Position numbers and translations under genes: made by a program
Virus record (IMG/VR): IMGVR_UViG_3300042261_002385
Coordinates: 186,001 to 250,000 of that record
Length of the DNA: 64,000 nt
Reading direction: 5' to 3' (one strand)
The notes under the pieces: generated by a model
Databases searched by the model: none
What the model saw: only the letters and a program-made list of their open reading frames with translations
Told to the model about the DNA's origin: nothing
Shown here: piece by piece, positions 9,982 through 19,490 of the stretch
Numbering within the stretch: position 1 is the stretch's first letter
How the letters are laid out: each line of letters starts with the position of its first letter

Positions 9982-10572
9982 ATGAAACATCTTAGAAGAT
10001 TTGAAAACTTTGACTTAGGTCATAGATTTTCTGATGAACAAGAACAAATTCAACCAATTGAATTAGACAAACCATCTCACGAAGAAGAAGACATTTACTC
10101 AGAGGATCCTAAAGAAGAAGAAGGTGATGAATATTGTGAACCATGTGATTCTGAAGAAGGTGATGAAACTGGAGATACAAGAAACTGGGGCGATGAAAAC
10201 ATTGCACTAGAATCTATTGCGAGTTTTAAAAACTTCCTTAATGAGAAAAAAGCTACGCCAGCTCAATTAGCTGCTAGAAAAGCTTTTGCTGAAAAAGCAA
10301 AAGAAAAGGCTGATAAGAAAGACGATAAAAAAGACGATAAGTCAAAAAAAGAGGTTTCATATAAAAAATCAGGTTTAAAAAATCCAGAGAAGGCAGACTT
10401 AGATAAAAACAAAAAAATCTCTGGTTATGAAAAGGCTAGAGGTAAGGCAGTCCAAGATGCAATTGAAGACGAAAAAGAAGAAAAAGGGAGTAAAGGTTTG
10501 ACTGCGGCTCAAAAGAAACTTCCAGAAGGTCCGAGAAAAGCTATTGAAGCTAAAAATAAAAATAAAAAATAA
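9982..10572 (+). CDS. Charged putative internal head protein
   Basis: MKHLRRFENF tag; internal SFKNFLNEK; acidic half then Lys-rich half; DLDKNKKISGYE EF-hand-like loop. Confidence 0.7.
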   Translation: MKHLRRFENFDLGHRFSDEQEQIQPIELDKPSHEEEDIYSEDPKEEEGDEYCEPCDSEEGDETGDTRNWGDENIALESIASFKNFLNEKKATPAQLAARKAFAEKAKEKADKKDDKKDDKSKKEVSYKKSGLKNPEKADLDKNKKISGYEKARGKAVQDAIEDEKEEKGSKGLTAAQKKLPEGPRKAIEAKNKNKK

Positions 10573-10576
10573 AAAA

Positions 10577-11254
10577 ATGAAGTACGTAAAAACATACGAA
10601 AACTTTAGTTCTCAAATAAACGAAGAAGAAGAAATCTTAAAATCTATAAGAAAAGCATTTGGAAAAGAATCAGAGGCTGATTTAGCTCCATTAAAAGAAA
10701 AGTTTGATGCTGAATTAGAGAATATGGAAAAACAAATTTTAGCTAATATGGAAAATCCTAATTCACCTATCAAAGTTCATTTGAATATACTCGATGAAGA
10801 TGAAGCAGAAGCTAAAAAAGAAACCACTTTCAAAGGGGTTGTTGCTCCTCTCTCAGCAGAAGCCTATAAGTCAAAAGACTATCAAGAAAGATGGGGTAGT
10901 AAATCATACTTACAACTTCTACAAGTTCAATACATTCAAGAAAATGGATGGTTTGATTACACGACTGGAAAATACTCTACACCTGAAGAAATGAAAGGAA
11001 AAGAGTTAGAGATTTGTAAAAATACCTGGGCCTTAATAAAACCTAAGATTCAAGAAAAAGCAAAAGAAATAAAATACAACGGACAGTTCCAAAAATACTC
11101 ATTTTGGAAGTTACTTTTTATGAGTAAAAAAGGAGCTTATCCTCAAGAAGGATTAGATAAAGAAGGCAAAGTTTATTTATGCCTATCGAATGAACTTTTT
11201 GATAAAACTGCCGAAGCGAAAGGAACTTATGCCTCTGGTGGCTTTCACAGATAA
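10577..11254 (+). CDS. Hypothetical protein with CTS-like N-terminus
   Basis: Start moved to the ATG at 10577: MKYVKTYENFSSQINEEEE. Confidence 0.75.
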   Translation: MKYVKTYENFSSQINEEEEILKSIRKAFGKESEADLAPLKEKFDAELENMEKQILANMENPNSPIKVHLNILDEDEAEAKKETTFKGVVAPLSAEAYKSKDYQERWGSKSYLQLLQVQYIQENGWFDYTTGKYSTPEEMKGKELEICKNTWALIKPKIQEKAKEIKYNGQFQKYSFWKLLFMSKKGAYPQEGLDKEGKVYLCLSNELFDKTAEAKGTYASGGFHR

Positions 11255-11262
11255 TTGATATC

Positions 11263-11841
11263 ATGAAACATCTAAAAAAATTTGAGTCTTTTTCAACATT
11301 AAACATAGATTTTTCAGATAACACGGAAATTGATGAGTTTAAATATGTGTATGAGGAAAACTTCATGGACAATGATGACTTTTATTTACTAAGAGAATAT
11401 ACATCTAAGTATGAAAAATATTTGTTAGACTCAAAAGATTCTCGTGATGGTGTTGTAAGATATAATTTACCGATAGATTCAGAAATTTTGACAGGAATGC
11501 TAAAAAAATATGAATCTAAAATTAGAGAATTAACAGACAATAATTTAATTTATCTATCAGACTATCCGATAGAATTAAGAAAATATGTTAAGGGTTGTTT
11601 TATGAGCCCACATAAAGACACACAAATTTATAAAATCCCACAGTATGAGTGTGTTTTTACCATTTCAAACACAACAGATTCTGTTACTAATGTAGATGGT
11701 GATGAAATTAGAACAATTCCAAACTCACTAATAATACTTAAAGCATGTGGTGCTACACATCATGTGACCGAAGTAAGTAGTGGAGAAAGAAACTTTTTGA
11801 AATTTATTTTCACAGAAACTGATGAACTATTAGAAGATTAA
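11263..11841 (+). CDS. 2OG-Fe(II) dioxygenase with CTS-like N-terminus
   Basis: HxD (PHKD), distal H (ATHHVTEV) and R (SGER) as in prolyl-hydroxylase-like enzymes; begins MKHLKKFESF. Confidence 0.8.
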   Translation: MKHLKKFESFSTLNIDFSDNTEIDEFKYVYEENFMDNDDFYLLREYTSKYEKYLLDSKDSRDGVVRYNLPIDSEILTGMLKKYESKIRELTDNNLIYLSDYPIELRKYVKGCFMSPHKDTQIYKIPQYECVFTISNTTDSVTNVDGDEIRTIPNSLIILKACGATHHVTEVSSGERNFLKFIFTETDELLED

Positions 11842-13508
11842 GAAGGTGAAATATTGACATTCACTCTTTTTATAGCTTCTTGAATCCAATCTGGTAAGTA
11901 TTGAGAAGAATGTTTGATTACATCTCCGAACCCACCATCTATAATAATAGTGTCAGCATAGTCTATTTCAGACCTTACAGGTCGACCAGTCATCTGAATT
12001 AGACCAGAAACGGTTTTCCAAGAATACCAATCAGGATTATTCATTTGTCTCATTTTATTCTTTTGAGAAGCAAGACTAGGATAAGGAACTTTTGCAATAA
12101 TTTGAAAACGAGCAGAGTCATTATCAAAACTAACACCTGTATCCATAGAAGGACTCACAATGACCGTTGGTTCATCAGATTCCATATGCATTCTTAAAAC
12201 TTCGTCTTTATTTGATGAATCGTGAAAAACCAATCTTGGGTCATTTATTGAATTTTCAATCCATTTTGCCAATTCAAAAGAGTTAGTGTGAATAATTCCT
12301 TTTTTCTTTTTATACTTATCAAGTAATTTCTGAATATAAGGAACATATCTTTTAAAAGTATCATCTTTGGATTTAAAAGACATTTTACCTAATGGCATAT
12401 AATATATTGGTCTATTTTTTAAAGGAAAAGGAGATCCTATCGAATAGTAAACAGCCTTAGTTACATCTAAACCATTCAATTGACAGAATAGATTCTTATC
12501 TAAAATGGTTCCAGACATAAGAAATACCATATCATAATTTGAAAATACATACTTATCTAAGTAATCATAAGCCCAAATTGGTTCAAGTGATAATTCTTTA
12601 CTTTTCATTTTTTCATTCCAATTAGATTCCAATACCCAGTTGTTAGGATTATCTTTATATTCTTTAAGAAATACTTCAATTTTAAGTTGATACTGCTTCA
12701 AATCTGTTACAAGATTCATCACTTTCACATCTGAGTTTTTAGTTTTGAGAACTTTTGAGATTTTTAAATCTCTTTTGTCGGACTTAACATTTCTTGGAGC
12801 ACTTGACATACCTCTTTCCATATCTTCGATTGTAGATACAATTTCACCGTTCAAATATCTCAAAAAATCAACATAGTCAGATATAGAATTAACAGACTTT
12901 AATTTTTTTAAAACATCATATTCATTTGAGAATTTGAATTTTTTGACAACATTGTCAGTAATCTTGATTGATATAAAATCAGACATTACATCATCAAACT
13001 CATGAGCCTCGTCGACAATAAGAACTCGTGCTCCTCTATTTTCCATAAGTTTTGGATTGTAGATTGCATAAAGTATATAAAGATAAAAGTTAGTCAATGA
13101 GATACCTCCAGAGATATAGTTTTCTCTAGCAAAAGAGTAAGGGCAACTCTCACAACTTGTTTTATTTAATCTATTGAACTCAGCACCCTGAGCACAAGAA
13201 CAAGAATAAGACTCACACTCATAATTTTCTTTTCCCTTCAAATCCGATATTGACTCATAGGTATCAGCATACTGGTCTTGAAGAATTTTACTATTAGTGA
13301 TAATGTCAACTCTTGACATCTTAGTTACATTTTTTCTATACCAATCAGCAATCATAAGTGCTAAGTGACTTTTACCTGAACCAACTGGTAAGTTAAGTAA
13401 GAAAAATTTATTCAATTTATTCTTTTGATATTCAGAATCAATGAAACTTAAAGCCTCTTTTTGTTCCTTTCGAGGCTTATATTTTGACAGGTCATTTTTT
13501 AACGACAT
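11838..13508 (-). CDS. DinG/XPD-like SF2 helicase
   Basis: PVGSGKS, Cys cluster (CESYSCSC...CESCPY), VDEAH, MSGT, TGVSF, QMTGRPVR. Confidence 0.88.
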   Translation of the reverse strand: MSLKNDLSKYKPRKEQKEALSFIDSEYQKNKLNKFFLLNLPVGSGKSHLALMIADWYRKNVTKMSRVDIITNSKILQDQYADTYESISDLKGKENYECESYSCSCAQGAEFNRLNKTSCESCPYSFARENYISGGISLTNFYLYILYAIYNPKLMENRGARVLIVDEAHEFDDVMSDFISIKITDNVVKKFKFSNEYDVLKKLKSVNSISDYVDFLRYLNGEIVSTIEDMERGMSSAPRNVKSDKRDLKISKVLKTKNSDVKVMNLVTDLKQYQLKIEVFLKEYKDNPNNWVLESNWNEKMKSKELSLEPIWAYDYLDKYVFSNYDMVFLMSGTILDKNLFCQLNGLDVTKAVYYSIGSPFPLKNRPIYYMPLGKMSFKSKDDTFKRYVPYIQKLLDKYKKKKGIIHTNSFELAKWIENSINDPRLVFHDSSNKDEVLRMHMESDEPTVIVSPSMDTGVSFDNDSARFQIIAKVPYPSLASQKNKMRQMNNPDWYSWKTVSGLIQMTGRPVRSEIDYADTIIIDGGFGDVIKHSSQYLPDWIQEAIKRVNVNISPS

Positions 13509-13617
13509 TAAGAAATTATTATTTTGTAAAAATTATATCAGAATTTTAGTTTTTAGTTTAAAAAATGAGGTTTTTTAAAGATTATGATTAATATATAAGA
13601 AAAAATCAGTTTTCTTT

Positions 13618-13803
13618 ATGCAAGTTCTACCTCATTACGATGAATTCGGAATCTACACAACAGTAGATGATGTTAAAAACTTTGTCAATTCACTTTTTGA
13701 CCAGGGCATTTCATCAGAGGAAGAGGTTTTTTCAAGTTGTATTACCGAATTTGGAAGAGCCAATTTTGATCTGATAGAGACAGCTCTTTATGGTGAAGAT
13801 TGA
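13618..13803 (+). CDS. Small hypothetical protein
   Basis: AATATATA upstream; overlaps next start; weak CTS-like VLPHYDEF. Confidence 0.55.
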   Translation: MQVLPHYDEFGIYTTVDDVKNFVNSLFDQGISSEEEVFSSCITEFGRANFDLIETALYGED

Positions 13804-14443
13804 TAAATTTAATGAATTCAGTATAGAGAATAAAACTCTATATGTATTTGACTTTGACGACACTCTTATGGTGACGCCAAGATATGAAGATATTACCGTA
13901 AAATACCTAACTGAAAACCTCACAGTAAAAGAACTTTTAGATAGAGCAATCAAAAGAATTGGAGTTACTAAAGACCAATTAAAAGTTCAAGATAGAAGAA
14001 TATTTATAGAAGATCCAGATAAACGATTTAAAGAAGAAAAAGAGTGGGCAAGAAAAGGCAATCGACTTTACTTAGTTCAACCAGATGAATTTTGTTATTT
14101 AGATGAAAGTCTACCAACACAGGTAAAAGAACTAGTTGAACTTTATAAGTCAGTTCAAGACAAGTGTATTGTGACAGCTAGACCTCAAAGTATGAGAAAT
14201 AAAATAGAATCAGTTCTCAAACAGTTTGGATTAGATAATCCAAAATGGGGGGTTCATATGTGTCCTAATAGTAGAATGAATGCTGGTAAATGGAAAGGAG
14301 AAAAGATTGTCGAACTCGTTAAGTTGACCGGTTTCAATAATGTAATCTTCTACGATGATAATTCAAAATATATTAGAGGAGCAAAACAGGTAGTCTCTGA
14401 GAAACTACCGGATTTAAATTTTAAATGTATTAAGGTAGTTTAG
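13790..14443 (+). CDS. HAD-superfamily phosphatase (RNA-repair/PNKP-like HAD)
   Basis: Motif I VFDFDDTL, motif II VTAR, K, motif IV FYDD; N-terminus MVKIDKFNEF. Confidence 0.8.
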   Translation: MVKIDKFNEFSIENKTLYVFDFDDTLMVTPRYEDITVKYLTENLTVKELLDRAIKRIGVTKDQLKVQDRRIFIEDPDKRFKEEKEWARKGNRLYLVQPDEFCYLDESLPTQVKELVELYKSVQDKCIVTARPQSMRNKIESVLKQFGLDNPKWGVHMCPNSRMNAGKWKGEKIVELVKLTGFNNVIFYDDNSKYIRGAKQVVSEKLPDLNFKCIKVV

Positions 14444-15014
14444 ATTTACAATCACTACAAAAAATTGGTTTATCATTTTGACTATCCCAATATTCAAAGG
14501 ACTCATTATTCATAATACAAGTGTTTTTACAATGTTGTAGCCCAAAACTATGAGCAACTTCGTGTATAGCATTAACTTTAATTAAATCAATAGATGATTG
14601 TCTATCATAAACAATATTTGACTTTAGATAAATTTGGTTTCCATAACACAAACCTTGCACTGAATTATTTGAAGTTGTTGATGCGCCAAGTGGGTCGTAT
14701 AGGTCCTGATTAGTAGCATAAATTACAATTTTTTCACCCTCTACATAATCAAAATAATCTTTTTGACCAAGTTCATATTGAGCCGTTTCACAACTACTTA
14801 GATTTAGACTCACTGGTTCAGAAATTTTACATTCAAATCCGTAGAAATTTTCTAACGTAGACTTTATAATTTCTAAATCTTCTTCACAGTAATCATTAAG
14901 ACCTACAATCTCAACAATTACTTCTGATTTTTGAACTGATTTGTTTTTTGAAAAATCTAATTCACAAGAATATAGTGAAAAAATAATTGACAATAAGATG
15001 ATGATACTTTTCAT
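14430..15014 (-). CDS. Lipoprotein zinc metalloprotease (archaemetzincin-like)
   Basis: Start moved to ATG 15014: MKSIIILLSIIFSLYSC lipobox; HEVAHSFGLQHC...CIM; C-terminal FCSDC. Confidence 0.82.
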   Translation of the reverse strand: MKSIIILLSIIFSLYSCELDFSKNKSVQKSEVIVEIVGLNDYCEEDLEIIKSTLENFYGFECKISEPVSLNLSSCETAQYELGQKDYFDYVEGEKIVIYATNQDLYDPLGASTTSNNSVQGLCYGNQIYLKSNIVYDRQSSIDLIKVNAIHEVAHSFGLQHCKNTCIMNNESFEYWDSQNDKPIFCSDCKSKLP

Positions 15015-15030
15015 AGTGGATTTATTTACA

Positions 15031-15038
15031 CAAATATA
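15031..15038 (-). promoter_or_regulatory. Bacteroidota-type -7 element
   Basis: TATATTTG 16 nt before the lipoprotein ATG; no clear -33 element. Confidence 0.55.
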
Positions 15039-15046
15039 CAAAAAAA

Positions 15047-15069
15047 CCTCTAATAATTTATATTAGAGG
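15047..15069. terminator. Intrinsic terminator hairpin
   Basis: CCTCTAATA/TATTAGAGG stem flanked by A- and T-rich runs. Confidence 0.7.
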
Positions 15070-15094
15070 CTAATTTTTTTTATAAAAATTTATC

Positions 15095-15739
15095 TTAGTC
15101 TTTGATCCAAACTTTTGTTCCAGCTGGCCAATCCAACAAGTCACCTGCTGTTTTTCCAGTTCCAGACCAATCACCTGAGAAAATATCACCAAGTGTATCA
15201 CCTTTACCATGAGGATCACTTCCGATAGTTTTTAAAGTTGTAATGATTTCTGATTTATCTGGACCCTGAACTCCTTTTGTTAAAAATTCAACTCCTTTAT
15301 CATAATCACCTCCACCAAAATCCTTAACAGCTTTTACAAAATCTTCTGGTGAGGACTTTGGATTTAAATCACTACCTGTGTATTTATTCAAAGTTCCTGT
15401 AATTCCTCCTTTATCTGCCGGTAAAAACTTACCATCAGTGTGCGGTGGTGGCGGTGGCTCAACATTTGCTGCTTTGTAAATCATAGCAGCTCCAGCAATT
15501 GTCAATGCTAATCCAAGTCCAAACTGGCTATTTTTTTCTTTGATTATAATACTTCTAAGATATTTAGCAGCTTCATTAGGATCTTGCTTATATAAATCTA
15601 AAAGTTTCTGCTGTTGAGACTCTGGTAGTTTTTGAATTTCATCACCAGCTGATTGACCAGTTACGGTTCTTCTCATTTTAGCTGCTAACTCTTTCAAACC
15701 CTCATTAGTAAACTCTCCGAATTTTTCAATTTTACTCAT
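15095..15739 (-). CDS. Putative packaged membrane protein
   Basis: MSKIEKFGEFTNEG tag; one TM segment (FGLGLALTIAGAAMIY); PPPPP linker; Gly-rich C-domain. Confidence 0.75.
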   Translation of the reverse strand: MSKIEKFGEFTNEGLKELAAKMRRTVTGQSAGDEIQKLPESQQQKLLDLYKQDPNEAAKYLRSIIIKEKNSQFGLGLALTIAGAAMIYKAANVEPPPPPHTDGKFLPADKGGITGTLNKYTGSDLNPKSSPEDFVKAVKDFGGGDYDKGVEFLTKGVQGPDKSEIITTLKTIGSDPHGKGDTLGDIFSGDWSGTGKTAGDLLDWPAGTKVWIKD

Positions 15740-15748
15740 AGTTTATTA

Positions 15749-17464
15749 TTATTTATTGTTGTAGTTTTTAAAAGTGTAAACTTGACTTTCTTTCAATTCT
15801 GCCTGAAAGGATGTCATAATCTCTTTCAACGTCGTATTAAAGTCTCTCATATCAGCTCCGAATTCACCAAGTGAAGCATACATATTTTCACCTTCGAATT
15901 GTAAAGTTCTTTTAGCTAATCTTGCAATTTTCTCAGCAACAACTTTTCTTTTGTTTTTATCAGATATAACTTCAATACTCTCATTATATAATGGTCCGAA
16001 ATCAGACATAGTTTTTGAATATTTACCATAAAGATGCTCATAAACTTCTTCATAAAGAGCCTTTATTGATTTTTTAGCATCTACGTCCATTTTCTTGTCT
16101 AAGATATTTTTGATAAATTCGTCAGTGATTCCGATTCCTTTATCTTTTTCATCTTTTAATACTTTAAGTGATTTCTGAGCATTTTTAAATGCTTGTGTTA
16201 AATGTTCTTCAGCTGAAGTAATTTCTACATTTCTTGGTTGTTTAGAAAACTCTTTAGAAAATTCTTTTTCAAAAATTGAATAAGTTAAAATAGACTCTCT
16301 TACTTTTTGTCTTTGGACTCTTGCTACTTCTTCAGCATTCTTTTTTCTAATTCTTTCTTCATCTTCTGTTGAACCAGATTCACCGGCCAACCTAACTCCT
16401 TCAAAAGAAATAATCATACTTTGAAGAGCTTGAAGATTTTTAATCATAGTAGGGTAAAGAGATTTAAGTGGTTTAGCATTTTTTTCTTCTTCAGCTGAAA
16501 TTGCTATTTGGTCACCTTCTTTTTCACCAGAACTAGAAGTTACTACAGTGATGTCTGTGTTTTCAACATAAGTGATATCTATATCCTGAATAAAGATATT
16601 TACCACACCATTTCCTTCTAAGTTACCACCAAAAGCCATATGTAAATAAGCCAAACAGTCTTCTACAGTTGGATAAGGTTTACAAACCCAGATTGCTAAA
16701 ATAATTAGACCAGCCATAAGTAACATACCACCAATAGCAGCCATAGCTACAGGTCCTAAACCTAAAGTTAAACCAGCTAAACTAATACCAGCCACTTTTA
16801 AAACTCCTATAATAATTAAACCGATTGTTGTCTTTTTCATGATTTGAGAAACGACACCGTTAAATCTAGCATTTTTAATACCTAAAGCATGAGCTATTTT
16901 TTCAAATACACCATAATATTTTACTTCATCATCACCAATAGCGTATGGACTATCAGCTTCATTTAATTTAACTTGATTACCAACTGATTGTAATTTATCA
17001 GGAGTCACACCTGCTTCTTGCCAGTTTACAGCGGACTTAGCTTTTTGACACAAAATCTGCCAAATTCTTTGAAAATTAGGTCTATTATTTTCATCACATA
17101 AACCGTTTGAAACAATAAAGTCCTTGAAACCACTCAACATATCTTTGATTTTAGTCCAAGTTTTTGTTCCGATTTCTTTTATTTTATTGAAAATTGATCC
17201 TGCTAACTTACTTAAGGAAAAGTTTTTAAAGAAATTTACAACTCCGGTAAAAAATTTACTAATTGCATCTTTAACATTAGTATAAACATTTGATACTGCT
17301 TGTTTTCCTTTTTGGATAAGATTTCCGATAAACTCTTCAGTTATTAGCGATTCTAATGGATTTATTATATCTTCAGCCGTGATGTTTTGATCAGTCAAAA
17401 ACTGACATTCCATCAATTTAGCCTCGTATAGTTTGGAGTAATTTGTGAAACTTTGAACTCTCAT
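15749..17464 (-). CDS. Putative packaged protein with TM hairpin; C-terminal domain shared with 54912..57809
   Basis: MRVQSFTNYSKLYEA; long hydrophobic stretch TTIGLIIIG...ILAIWV; DKGIG and VVAEKIAR shared with the 966-aa ORF. Confidence 0.78.
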   Translation of the reverse strand: MRVQSFTNYSKLYEAKLMECQFLTDQNITAEDIINPLESLITEEFIGNLIQKGKQAVSNVYTNVKDAISKFFTGVVNFFKNFSLSKLAGSIFNKIKEIGTKTWTKIKDMLSGFKDFIVSNGLCDENNRPNFQRIWQILCQKAKSAVNWQEAGVTPDKLQSVGNQVKLNEADSPYAIGDDEVKYYGVFEKIAHALGIKNARFNGVVSQIMKKTTIGLIIIGVLKVAGISLAGLTLGLGPVAMAAIGGMLLMAGLIILAIWVCKPYPTVEDCLAYLHMAFGGNLEGNGVVNIFIQDIDITYVENTDITVVTSSSGEKEGDQIAISAEEEKNAKPLKSLYPTMIKNLQALQSMIISFEGVRLAGESGSTEDEERIRKKNAEEVARVQRQKVRESILTYSIFEKEFSKEFSKQPRNVEITSAEEHLTQAFKNAQKSLKVLKDEKDKGIGITDEFIKNILDKKMDVDAKKSIKALYEEVYEHLYGKYSKTMSDFGPLYNESIEVISDKNKRKVVAEKIARLAKRTLQFEGENMYASLGEFGADMRDFNTTLKEIMTSFQAELKESQVYTFKNYNNK

Positions 17465-17520
17465 ATAAAATTTTTTAATTTTTAGGTAAATTATATATTA
17501 AATTCAAAAATTGAGTTTTT

Positions 17521-19047
17521 TTAGATTTCCGCTTCTAATCTTTTAATTTCATCCATAACTTCTTTTAACTCTTCCTTTTTTTGCATCATAATTTTCTTAT
17601 TCTTCTTTCTATCTGCATAGACATCTTCCAACATTAGAAGTGTAGGTGACTTTCTTTTTTCAAAAACAACACCATTCACACAAAGAACATGTTTTTCTAA
17701 GTCAATAGGTCGACCATTTGTGCATTTAGATTTGTCTTTTTCATCTTGAAGACCAACAAAAGTTTCAGGAGCTATAAAGAATTGTCTTTGAGTAGTAGGA
17801 TATAGTGAAGCAAAGTCATAAGTAACACACCACTGGTTCATTCCAACTACAGGGTCTTTTACCCAACCACCAGCAATCGTTGATTCAGCATCACCTTTTT
17901 CATCTCTGAAAAGTACTATGTTATCCATTTCTCTAAAACGGTTTCTTAAAACTCCTTCTGTGATGGCTAGTGAACCAAGTGCGTTGTTCATTTGAGAAAC
18001 AACATCTACGATTCTGATTTGAGCAAGTGATGAAATCGCATAGATGATAGAGATATAATTTCTAGCTTCGTGAATTTTTTGAACCAGAACACTATCGACA
18101 GCGTTATAATACATAAAAGTCTCAAAATCATCTTCATATAGTTTTTGAAGAGATCCGGTATATTTAATCTTTTCAACACCAACGAGTTTATGAGAAACAA
18201 AATCTAGTGAAGAAGACTCTTTTACCTTAATTGAAGTGTCACAGATTTCATAAAGTTGCATGTAATCAAAAATCATTCTGTGAGCAGGCACTTCATATTC
18301 AGTTCCCCAAGCTTTTGTTATTCTTTTAGTCAGTGAAGAAACAGCTGGATCAATTTTGTATTCTCTACCATTAGCCCATTTACTAATTTTACGAGAACGG
18401 TTTACTAAATATAACCAGTCATATTGTAAGAAGTTCCAACCTGTAAGCAGTGGCATTTTTGGAACCATTTTGTAGAAGAAAGCATATAACATATCAAACT
18501 CATCTTCATATTTAATATATTTGAACTTATATTCTGTTCCAAATTTTTCAAAATATTTATTAGTATTATTTAATATACGTTCTTGCATGTCTTCTGGCAT
18601 GTCTTTCAGACCCAAAAGAATGATTTTATCATCATAGACTATTGAAATAGAAAGAATTTGAGTAATAGCTCCTTCTTTTACAACGTTTCCGGCAGCATCT
18701 TTAACATCGGCTGCTTCAGGAAAACCATCAATAATCTCAGTCTCAATATCTATAAAGTATATCTTTGGTAGATTGAATTCAAATATCTCTTGTTTTTCTT
18801 TTTCCGGTAGTGAGTCTAAAAATTCATAAGTAGCATATCTATCTGGTTGGTTTACTTCTATTTGCTTAACGGATTTTCCATCCCAAGATCGAAACGAGGG
18901 GTGTCGTTGTGGATCTGTATCCTCACAAGCAACATATTTCATAGGATTATCCCAGTTATAATATTTGAGTTTTATATCACCTGTCTTATCAACATAGCTG
19001 ACTACAAGTTTTTTACTATTTGATAGATATTGAGTTTCTACAAGCAC
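17521..19047 (-). CDS. gp43: Family B DNA polymerase, N-terminal half (gp43A-like split polymerase)
   Basis: ExoI DIETE, ExoII GWNFLQYD, ExoIII YNAVD, motif A DFASLYP; stops in the fingers, lacking KxxxNSxYG and YGDTDS. Confidence 0.9.
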   Translation of the reverse strand: MLVETQYLSNSKKLVVSYVDKTGDIKLKYYNWDNPMKYVACEDTDPQRHPSFRSWDGKSVKQIEVNQPDRYATYEFLDSLPEKEKQEIFEFNLPKIYFIDIETEIIDGFPEAADVKDAAGNVVKEGAITQILSISIVYDDKIILLGLKDMPEDMQERILNNTNKYFEKFGTEYKFKYIKYEDEFDMLYAFFYKMVPKMPLLTGWNFLQYDWLYLVNRSRKISKWANGREYKIDPAVSSLTKRITKAWGTEYEVPAHRMIFDYMQLYEICDTSIKVKESSSLDFVSHKLVGVEKIKYTGSLQKLYEDDFETFMYYNAVDSVLVQKIHEARNYISIIYAISSLAQIRIVDVVSQMNNALGSLAITEGVLRNRFREMDNIVLFRDEKGDAESTIAGGWVKDPVVGMNQWCVTYDFASLYPTTQRQFFIAPETFVGLQDEKDKSKCTNGRPIDLEKHVLCVNGVVFEKRKSPTLLMLEDVYADRKKNKKIMMQKKEELKEVMDEIKRLEAEI

Positions 19048-19109
19048 GTAATTAATTTTTTATTTTATATGACTAAATATCTTAAATGTTATTTTTTTTT
19101 CAAATAAAT

Positions 19110-19140
19110 TTTGTTTATCAAATAAAAATAATTATATTTG
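19110..19140 (+). promoter_or_regulatory. Bacteroidota housekeeping-sigma promoter (-33/-7)
   Basis: TTTG (19110-19113), 19-nt spacer, TATATTTG (19133-19140). Confidence 0.7.
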
Positions 19141-19170
19141 TAGAAATTAATCTTTCTAAAAAATAAAACT

Positions 19171-19446
19171 ATGAAAACACTACTTAAATTTTACCTTAAA
19201 AACTTCAAATTTATTCATCATCTCTTTTTTATTGTTTTGGTTTTTTCAACACTAAAATTACTATCATTTGCGCCATTTTTAGGATGGATTTTTGATGTGA
19301 TTTTTCAACCAGGATTAATTGGTCTGTTTTTTCAAATTGGTATTTTAGCTTATTGTTTTAAAGTGAATCCAATTATTTTAGAACAAGCTGGTCTTACAGA
19401 CGACTACATGAAAGAAGAACTCGAAAATTTAGACAAAAAAAAATAG
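19171..19446 (+). CDS. Small 2-TM membrane protein, copy 1
   Basis: MKTLLKFYLKNFK; hydrophobic core; C-terminal AGLTDDYMKEELENLDKKK. Confidence 0.85.
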   Translation: MKTLLKFYLKNFKFIHHLFFIVLVFSTLKLLSFAPFLGWIFDVIFQPGLIGLFFQIGILAYCFKVNPIILEQAGLTDDYMKEELENLDKKK

Positions 19447-19472
19447 TAAGTGAATAACTTACTATTTTTTTT
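19432..19472. terminator. Bidirectional terminator, copy 1
   Basis: A-run-TAGTAAGT-gaata-ACTTACTA-T-run between convergent genes. Confidence 0.8.
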
Positions 19473-19490
19473 TATTGAAAATAATTTTAA

